A DNA stretch of 44,961 bases, from NCBI GenBank assembly GCA_038325665.1, contig JBBQJF010000003.1, forward strand, positions 1 through 44,961, in the 5' to 3' direction. The notes under the pieces were generated by a model. The model saw only the letters and a list, made by a program, of their open reading frames with translations, had not been told where the DNA came from and searched no databases. The translations under genes were made by a program, and so were the position numbers. Below, in pieces: positions 38,622-44,961 of this stretch. Source of the DNA: Dehalococcoidia bacterium. GTDB lineage: Bacteria; Chloroflexota; Dehalococcoidia; CAUJGQ01. Numbering within the stretch: the first letter of the stretch is position 1; each line of letters begins with the position of its first letter.

Positions 38622-38680
38622 CCAGACGTTGACGGCTCTATAGAACATATATTCTACTCAGTCACGAGGTCAACGTCTGG
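38622..38680 (+). promoter_or_regulatory. Rightward promoter region with LexA-like box inside a 12-bp inverted repeat
   Basis: TTGACG at 38629; TAGAAC-ATAT-ATTCTA at 38641-38656; arms CCAGACGTTGAC (38622-38633) and GTCAACGTCTGG (38669-38680). Confidence 0.7.
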
Positions 38681-38690
38681 GAGGAGGTCG

Positions 38691-38990
38691 ATGGAGAGCA
38701 CACCACTGTGGGAGGCCGTCATCGCGGCCGAGGCGGCAGTGACCACGGTTTGCGCCGCGCTGACCGCCGGGTTCTTTTTCAACACGCATCGCCAGGCGGT
38801 CAGCCCCGGCCGGCGCGCGGCGGCGCTCGCCCTGGTTCTAAGCGCGGCCGGCGCGGCCGCACAGATGGCGCTCGCCGCCGGGTGGCGGACGGCGTCGCCG
38901 GTCGTCGCCGGGGCGGGTCTCACCACCTGCGTCGGTCAAGCGCTGATAGCGCTGCTGGTGTTGCGACAGATCGGCAGAGGGCAGCAATAG
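38691..38990 (+). CDS. Small 3-TM hypothetical membrane protein
   Basis: GGAGGAGG RBS; three hydrophobic segments. Confidence 0.7.
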   Translation: MESTPLWEAVIAAEAAVTTVCAALTAGFFFNTHRQAVSPGRRAAALALVLSAAGAAAQMALAAGWRTASPVVAGAGLTTCVGQALIALLVLRQIGRGQQ

Positions 38991-39153
38991 GGGGGCGCCC
39001 CCGTGCAAGACACGCGGCGCCTCCCCCCACACGCAACACCCATCACCTGTTGCAAGGGAGTCGCTCATGCCCCTTCAGGGCGCCACCGGCCCATGAAAAC
39101 CGGCGGCGTCCTCATCACCCAACACCCAACACCCGCTTTCAAGGGAGGGCGAC

Positions 39154-39315
39154 ATGGTCGGGCTTCATGGGGCGATACGTCGCCGTGATTGGGATCTGAC
39201 GGCACTGTATCTGGCGCTGGCGGTGGTCCGGTCGGCGGCGCGGCTGCCCGAGGGCGCGGCCGCCGACCTGCTCGATCTGCTCGACAGCCGCCACCACGAA
39301 AGGCCGCGACGATGA
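39154..39315 (+). CDS. Small hypothetical protein (53 aa), coupled to the next gene
   Basis: Below ORF-track cutoff: MVGLHGAIRRRDWDLTALYLALAVVRSAARLPEGAAADLLDLLDSRHHERPRR*; GGAGG RBS; ATGA overlap with 39312. Confidence 0.7.
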   Translation: MVGLHGAIRRRDWDLTALYLALAVVRSAARLPEGAAADLLDLLDSRHHERPRR

Positions 39316-39647
39316 ACACATCGCGCAATCGCCAGCGGCGGCGCACGACGGCCCGTAATTTCTACCGCGGCGTGCTCGACGCCGCCGAGCAGGAACACCT
39401 TGAATCGGCGGCGGCCGCGGAAGGGTTGGACGACGAGGTCGCGCTGCTACGCGTGTTGCTGCGCCGCGAGATCGAGACGCACCCCGAGAATCTCCGTCTC
39501 GTGCTCCAGGGCATGACGCTGCTCGTGCGCGCCGTCGCCATACGCTACCGCCTCGCCCCTGCCGATCAGGACGCACTGCAGGCGCGGATCGTGGACGCGG
39601 TACAGGAGATTACCGAGACGGTAAGAAGGGGGGTCGAGCGTGGCTGA
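39312..39647 (+). CDS. Putative terminase small subunit-like helical protein
   Basis: Basic N-terminus, NFY...EGLDDEVALLRV helical pattern, small size, upstream of TerL. Confidence 0.55.
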   Translation: MNTSRNRQRRRTTARNFYRGVLDAAEQEHLESAAAAEGLDDEVALLRVLLRREIETHPENLRLVLQGMTLLVRAVAIRYRLAPADQDALQARIVDAVQEITETVRRGVERG

Positions 39648-39891
39648 CCATTGGCCCGAATCGCGATCGCGCACCCGACCCACCGCGATCGAGCGCGCCC
39701 TTGCCCGCCTCGTCGAGGCCGAGCGCCGCGCGGCGGCCGGCCGGGCGGAAGAGACAGCACGAGCCCTCAGTGATGAGCGGTTGCGTCGGATGGAACAGGA
39801 CCTGATCGAACTGCGCGGCCGGATCAATGGATTGATCTTTCTGGTCGCCGGCACGGTCATCACCCAGATTATCGTGCGGCTGCTCGCGTAA
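39640..39891 (+). CDS. Coiled-coil protein with C-terminal TM helix (holin/XhlA-like)
   Basis: ERLRRMEQDLIELRGRINGLIFLVAGTVITQIIVRLLA; overlaps the previous stop. Confidence 0.6.
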   Translation: MADHWPESRSRTRPTAIERALARLVEAERRAAAGRAEETARALSDERLRRMEQDLIELRGRINGLIFLVAGTVITQIIVRLLA

Positions 39892-39913
39892 CGCGCCGTC
39901 GAGGTTGACAACC

Positions 39914-41437
39914 ATGGGCCGCTTCCCTCAATTGCACCAGTACCAGGCGCTCGCTGTCGATGCGATCCAGCAGAGCGTGCGCCACGGCGATGGCCGCTCC
40001 TTTTCGGTGATGGTCAGCCGTCAGGGCGGCAAGAACGAGATGTCGGCGCAGCTCGAACTGCTCCTGCTCCTCGGCAACCTGGACCGCGAGGCGGATAGCG
40101 TGAAGTGCGCGCCAACATTTCACCCCCAGGGACGTGTCAGCCTGCGCCGGCTGTGGTCACGCGTCCAAGCGATCGGTATGGGAGCGCTGACCGGGCTGGA
40201 AAGCGGCAACACCATCCGCTGCGGGCGGGCACGTCAGTTCTTCCTCTCCGCCGAACCCGGCGCGAACGTGGTGGGCCACACGGTCCATCACTTACTCGAA
40301 GCCGATGAGGCGCAGGACATCGACGCCGATAAGTTCGACAAGGATTTCCGGCCGATGGCCGCCACTACCAACGCGACCACGGTCTACTATGGCACCGCCT
40401 GGACGGAGACGGACATGCTCGCCGAGGTGCGCCGCCGCCACCTGGAGATGGAGCGCCGCGACGGTGTGCGCCGCCACTTCGAGTTCGACTGGGAGACGGT
40501 CGCCCGCCACAATCCCGCGTACCGCTCGTTTGTCGACGCGGAGCGCGCCCGCCTGGGCGAGGATCACCCGCTGTTCATCACTCAGTATCTTCTGCGGCCC
40601 CTGACCGGCGGCGGCCGTCTACTCACCGCCGCCCACCGAGAATTACTCCGCGGAACCCACCCGCGCATCAGCGCCCCGCGCGACGCCGGGAACGGATCGG
40701 TGGGAGAGCCGGTGCTCGGCTACGTCGCCGGACTTGATGTTGGCGGCGAGGCGTTTGGTCCGGGCGATGCCCTCGGCGCTCACGCGGCGACCGTTGGGCG
40801 CGAGCGGGTGCGCTCCCACGACCGCACCGTGCTGACAATCGCCCGCCTGCTGGCGCCGCCGGCCGCGTCGTCCGTCCAGGAGCCGGTGATCGAGGTGGTC
40901 GAGCACGCGGCCTGGCAAGGCGCGTCACACGCCGACCTCGCGGGCGGACTGGTGCGACTGCTGCGCGAGATATGGCGGGTGCGCCGCGTGGTGATCGACG
41001 CCACCGGCATCGGCGAGGGACTCGCGGCCACCTTGGCCGCTGCCCGCCACGGCGGCGCCGTCTCTCGTGAATTGCCTACCGATGGAATGGGATTCACCGG
41101 CGGATTGAGCGCCGCTCCTCGCCGTGCCGCCGTCGGTTCGCTCGATGTGGTGCGGCTGCGACTGACCGAGGAACGCAAATCCGCGCTCGGCTATGGATTG
41201 CTCGCGGCGATCAACGGCGGCCGGCTACGTATCTACCGGCAGGACGGCTCGCCGGAGTACCGCGCTCTCTGGCATGAGATCGAGATGGCGCGGGCCGAGT
41301 ACCGGTCGAATCGCCGCCTCGCCTGGTTCGTCGACCCATCGGACGGTCACGACGACCACCTGATGAGCCTCGCTCTGGTGGTGGAGGCGGCGCGCGACCT
41401 ACGGTCCCGAACAGCGCGAGGACGGAACGGGGAATAG
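39914..41437 (+). CDS. Phage terminase large subunit-like protein
   Basis: LHQYQ (adenine-binding Q), SRQGGKNE (Walker A), LLEADEAQD (Walker B), YGTA (motif III); RNase H-like nuclease AGLDVGG, VIDATGIGE, GHDDHLMSLAL. Confidence 0.85.
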   Translation: MGRFPQLHQYQALAVDAIQQSVRHGDGRSFSVMVSRQGGKNEMSAQLELLLLLGNLDREADSVKCAPTFHPQGRVSLRRLWSRVQAIGMGALTGLESGNTIRCGRARQFFLSAEPGANVVGHTVHHLLEADEAQDIDADKFDKDFRPMAATTNATTVYYGTAWTETDMLAEVRRRHLEMERRDGVRRHFEFDWETVARHNPAYRSFVDAERARLGEDHPLFITQYLLRPLTGGGRLLTAAHRELLRGTHPRISAPRDAGNGSVGEPVLGYVAGLDVGGEAFGPGDALGAHAATVGRERVRSHDRTVLTIARLLAPPAASSVQEPVIEVVEHAAWQGASHADLAGGLVRLLREIWRVRRVVIDATGIGEGLAATLAAARHGGAVSRELPTDGMGFTGGLSAAPRRAAVGSLDVVRLRLTEERKSALGYGLLAAINGGRLRIYRQDGSPEYRALWHEIEMARAEYRSNRRLAWFVDPSDGHDDHLMSLALVVEAARDLRSRTARGRNGE

Positions 41438-41512
41438 GTCACGGGTCATGGGTCATAGGTCATGGGAGACGGGTCAGGGGTCACGGGTCATAGGAGATGA
41501 GGTATGGGAAAC
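41436..41512 (+). repeat. Degenerate heptamer tandem repeat (RGGTCAY-type, 11 units)
   Basis: aggtcac gggtcat gggtcat aggtcat gggagac gggtcag gggtcac gggtcat aggagat gaggtat gggaaac. Confidence 0.85.
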
Positions 41513-41554
41513 GGGTGTGACGCCGCGTGTGGTAGTCGCGGGAGGGGGTTGGTC

Positions 41555-41845
41555 ATGGGGGTCAAGGCACACCGCCACCAGCGCAAGCCCTGGGCCGATC
41601 GTCTCCCGGAGTTCACACACTACCGGGACGACGGCTGTGCAGTACACTCCGCCTGCCTAACGTGCCCGCTGCCCAGTTGTGTCTACGACGACCCGCGTCA
41701 AGGACGAGGCGCTGCTATCCGCCTACGCGACGCCGAGATTATGCAGCGCTTTCATGAGGGATGGAGTCCCGCGCGGCTGGCCAAGCACTTCGGCATCCAT
41801 CCCCGCAGTATCTTCCGCGTCCTGCGTCGCGCCCGCGAATCGTGA
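41555..41845 (+). CDS. Cys4 metal-binding + helix-turn-helix putative transcription regulator
   Basis: YRDDGCAVHSACLTCPLPSCVYDD, then RDAEIMQRFHEGWSPARLAKHFGIHPRSIFRVL (Mor-like HTH); GGAGG RBS. Confidence 0.78.
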   Translation: MGVKAHRHQRKPWADRLPEFTHYRDDGCAVHSACLTCPLPSCVYDDPRQGRGAAIRLRDAEIMQRFHEGWSPARLAKHFGIHPRSIFRVLRRARES

Positions 41846-42006
41846 CGGGCGGCCCTGACCATACCACGCTCATCTGACCCACGAGCATGTGTCGACCGGT
41901 GCGCGCCGGAGCGGCCAACCTCTCCCCCAACCCCACGGCACGACCGCGCGGGGCGGGAGTCGTTGACCGTGTGCCCCGCGGCGGACCCTCCCCGGCGGGT
42001 GGCCGC

Positions 42007-42798
42007 CTACGTGCCCGCGAGCGGCGGCGGCGCGGACGGTGTGGCCGCGCCGCCGGTGGCGCGGACGACGATCACGGAGATGTTGTCGTGACCGCCGCGG
42101 GCAAGGGCGAGATCCACCAAGTTCTGAGCTGCCTGGTCCGCCGTATCGGTGACGGCGATCGCCTGGGCGAGATCACCGTCGCCGGCCGGCCCCCACAGTC
42201 CATCCGAGCACAGCAGGATCACATCGCCGGGGGCGAGCGGCAGCTCGCGCACCTCCGGCTCGGCGTCAGGCTCGGCGCCGAGCGCGCGGGTGAGCACGTT
42301 ACGGTATGGATGGTGGCGGGCCTCGTCCTCGCTCAGCCGCCCCTGGTCCATCCGCTCTTGTACCCATGAATGGTCGTTGGTCAGATGAAGCACCTGCGTG
42401 CCCCGGAACAGATACACGCGGGCATCACCCAGCCAGCCGACCGCGGCGCGGTCGCCGATCACCGCCACCGCCACAGCGGCAGCGCCCATACCTTGGCGGC
42501 CACCGTCGTGGGCGGCGGCGAGAATCGCGTCGTTGGCGGCGACCAATGCATCATGCAGCTTCGCCGCGGCGCCATTCCAGTCAGCCTGGAAGTACGTGCG
42601 CTGCACGGTTTCGAGCGTGATTTCGGCCGCGACATCGCCGGCCGCGTGGCCACCCATGCCGTCAGCAACCACGAATAGGTAGCCGCGCTCCGCGAGCAGC
42701 GGCGCCTCTTCCGGCACGAACGCGCCGCAGCGGTCCTCGTTGCGTTCGCGCACGTTACCGCGGTCCAGGAGCAAAGAGTAGTCTAGGAGCAATTCCAC
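42007..42798 (-). CDS. PP2C-family Ser/Thr protein phosphatase (Stp1/PrpC-like)
   Basis: RERNED, VVADGMGGH, GDARVY, DHS, RNVLTRALG, LCSDGL, GGHDNIS. Confidence 0.95.
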   Translation of the reverse strand: MELLLDYSLLLDRGNVRERNEDRCGAFVPEEAPLLAERGYLFVVADGMGGHAAGDVAAEITLETVQRTYFQADWNGAAAKLHDALVAANDAILAAAHDGGRQGMGAAAVAVAVIGDRAAVGWLGDARVYLFRGTQVLHLTNDHSWVQERMDQGRLSEDEARHHPYRNVLTRALGAEPDAEPEVRELPLAPGDVILLCSDGLWGPAGDGDLAQAIAVTDTADQAAQNLVDLALARGGHDNISVIVVRATGGAATPSAPPPLAGT

Positions 42799-43078
42799 CA
42801 GGCCTCCGCGGGAGAGTCAGCATCAGGCGATAGGCGCGGGCACGGGGCAGCTTGGCAGGCCGCGGGTCACTTGCTCTCAAGCATACACCGCGAGGTGCAT
42901 GAACCATAGTCGGTCATCGCGAACGCAAACGTAAACCGGCCACCCGTTCGACACAATGGCAGGGGGCTGACAGATCCCTGACACACCCGACGCTGCTGTT
43001 TGACGATCATCGGGCTTGCCCGTACCTTAAGTGCGGTCAACGCTGCCCGCGCTGCCGCGCGTGGTCACGGGATGGACA

Positions 43079-43729
43079 ATGGCAGATCCGATCCAAATGC
43101 TGATCGTGCGAGACTCGGCCGGTAGCGAGCGCATCATACCGCTCGACCGCGATGTGATCACCGTGGGCCGCGACCTTACATGCACGATCCGTCTTGATAG
43201 CCTGTACGTCTCGCGTCAACACGCCCGCATCGAAGTGCGCGAAACTGGCGCGGCGCTGATCGACCTGGGCAGCCGCAACGGTTCAGCGGTCAATGGCCGC
43301 CGGGTCGAGGGTGTGATCGAGTTGAATGCCGGCGATGTTGTCTCGATCGGCGACGCGACGATCGAATGCCTGTCCGAATCACCCGCTGACGGCGCCACGC
43401 GGACGTTTATCATCGAGCGACCCGAATCGGCCGCGGCCCCCGATGTCTTGCGGGTCGAAGGGCAGACACATGAAGTGTGGGTCGGCCCGGCTCAGCTTGA
43501 GCGACGCTTGTCAGCGCAGGAATTTGAGTTGGTGCGCTACCTGTACGACAACCGCGACCGGGTGTGCCAGCGCCAGGAACTGGGCGACGCCATCTGGGGG
43601 ACCGGCAACTGGGACCCGAACATGTTGCACCGGTTGGTCCACCGCCTCAAGGAGAAACTCGAACCAAGCCCCGAACGCACCCGCTACGTTCAGACGGTGC
43701 CGTGGGTCGGCTACCGCCTGACACCCTGA
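43079..43729 (+). CDS. FHA domain + OmpR-type winged-helix transcription regulator
   Basis: VGR..VSRQHA..DLGSRNG (FHA); LSAQEFEL..IWG..VHRLKEKLE..YVQTVPWVGYRL (Trans_reg_C). Confidence 0.92.
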   Translation: MADPIQMLIVRDSAGSERIIPLDRDVITVGRDLTCTIRLDSLYVSRQHARIEVRETGAALIDLGSRNGSAVNGRRVEGVIELNAGDVVSIGDATIECLSESPADGATRTFIIERPESAAAPDVLRVEGQTHEVWVGPAQLERRLSAQEFELVRYLYDNRDRVCQRQELGDAIWGTGNWDPNMLHRLVHRLKEKLEPSPERTRYVQTVPWVGYRLTP

Positions 43730-43864
43730 GCATACCCGCCACCGACCGATGCCCGCGCGAGAATCGTCGAGCGGCGCGCGTCACGTGTGCGAGCCAGTCT
43801 GGCAGGCGCCGGCGGGTGGAAGGGAAGCCGGCGGGGATAAGATATCTAGAAGGAGTACCGCACG

Positions 43865-44335
43865 ATGAAGGTTGAAGCGAAGCTCAAGGAGATGGGGCTG
43901 GAACTACCGCCCCAACCGAAACCGATGGGTACGTACGTGTCCGCGGTCCAGACTGGCAACCTCGTATTCGTCTCCGGTCACGGCCCGCGCGGCATAATCA
44001 CGCCAAAGTATCGCGGCAAGGTGGGACGCGACCTCACCACCGAGGAGGGCGCGCTGGTGGCGCGCGAGGTGATGCTGCATTGCCTGACCTCACTCAAGAC
44101 GCTGCTGGGTGATCTCGACCGCGTTCAGCGGGTGGTAAAGCTGCTAGGCATGGTCAATTGCACCGAGGACTTCTACGAGCAGCCGCGCGTGATCAACGGC
44201 GCCTCCGATCTGCTCGTCGAGCTGTACGGCGAGGCCGGCCGCCACGCCCGCTCCGCCGTGGGCATGCAGTCGCTGCCCGGTTCGGCCGAGGGCAGCATCG
44301 CCGTCGAGATCGAGATGATTGTCGAAGTGAATTGA
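43865..44335 (+). CDS. RidA/YjgF family protein
   Basis: YVSAVQTGNLVFVSGHGP, INGASDLL, GRHARSAVG, VEIEMIVE; AAGGAG RBS. Confidence 0.93.
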   Translation: MKVEAKLKEMGLELPPQPKPMGTYVSAVQTGNLVFVSGHGPRGIITPKYRGKVGRDLTTEEGALVAREVMLHCLTSLKTLLGDLDRVQRVVKLLGMVNCTEDFYEQPRVINGASDLLVELYGEAGRHARSAVGMQSLPGSAEGSIAVEIEMIVEVN

Positions 44336-44430
44336 GGCGGAACGGGGCGGCGATACATCGAGAATGACGACAGGAGTGCTTGGATATCGACGAGTCGATT
44401 CATCGCCCATCCCTCCGCCGAGGACATCTC

Positions 44431-44913
44431 ATGACCCACTGTCGCCCCCGCCCGCAGGCCACCGGCGAGACCTCGATCACGGGCCCTCCTCCGGCCGGCC
44501 ACCGGTCGCGACCGGGAGGCTTCCGGCCGCGCGAGTCGCCCGCGCGTCAACCGCGACCGCTGCGGGAGGAACCGCCGGATGCACAGAAGTTGCTGGTGAT
44601 TATTGTCGCCGACGCCGATGCCGACGGGTTGGTACGCGCGCTGGTGCAGCGCGGACATGCCGCCACCAAGATCGGCAGCACTGGCGGTTTCCTGCGGCGC
44701 GGCAACACGACGCTGCTGTGCGGTGTGCCCGCCTCCGGGGTGGACGAAGTGCTGACAATGATCCGAACGCTATGCCCGGCCCGCACCGAGCTGCTCACGC
44801 TCGGCACACTGCCGCTGGCTGGCGAGGGCGCCTTCATCACCGAACCGGTCGAGGTGCGCGCCGGCGGCGCCGTCGTGTTCGTGCTCAACGTCGAGCGGTT
44901 CGAGCGTGTGTGA
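44431..44913 (+). CDS. Cyclic-di-AMP receptor (DarA/PstA/YaaQ, PII-like)
   Basis: TKIGSTGGFLRRGNTTLLCGV and GGAVVFVLNVERF; start uncertain. Confidence 0.88.
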   Translation: MTHCRPRPQATGETSITGPPPAGHRSRPGGFRPRESPARQPRPLREEPPDAQKLLVIIVADADADGLVRALVQRGHAATKIGSTGGFLRRGNTTLLCGVPASGVDEVLTMIRTLCPARTELLTLGTLPLAGEGAFITEPVEVRAGGAVVFVLNVERFERV

Positions 44914-44961
44914 ACGTCGCCAGCCGCGTGGCTGCCGGCGCCCGCGCCACGTCTGGCATGT

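Noticed and set aside
41448-41660. 70-aa ORF and the 41504 start across the heptamer array
   Set aside because: Product of repeat periodicity; the RBS supports ATG 41555
38149-41845. Intact prophage or mobile element call
   Set aside because: No integrase, att repeats, portal, capsid, tail or replication genes seen

Overview
High-GC (about 70% by eye) bacterial DNA, most likely Chloroflexota (Dehalococcoidia-like). This is an inference from Gram-positive-type GAAC-N4-GTTC SOS boxes, F420-dependent nitroreductases, a c-di-AMP receptor and the style of the membrane proteins. There are three parts. (1) 1-37.7 kb is an accessory low-oxygen/nitrosative-stress island resembling the actinobacterial dormancy gene set: a BON protein, four USP genes, an Acg nitroreductase, a CtpF-like P-type ATPase, a Zn-ADH, a GNAT, two hybrid histidine kinases, three F420/DDN nitroreductase copies, flavodoxins, a three-domain copper nitrite reductase, many membrane proteins and several decaying genes. 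Its transcription units share an unannotated promoter motif, TRCCYGACAGAC-N18-nAnnnT (11 copies found by eye). (2) 38.1-41.85 kb is a compact module under three LexA-type boxes: a divergent DUF6504-like gene, then small ORFs, a TerS-like protein, a holin-like protein, an apparently intact terminase large subunit and a Cys4-HTH regulator. It has no integrase, portal, capsid or tail genes. It is the best candidate for an undescribed system (domesticated, SOS-inducible DNA packaging, possibly GTA-like). (3) 42-45 kb holds housekeeping/signalling genes: PP2C phosphatase, FHA-winged-helix regulator, RidA and a c-di-AMP receptor. I saw no rRNA, tRNA, cas or transposase genes. All family calls come from motif recognition, not database searches.
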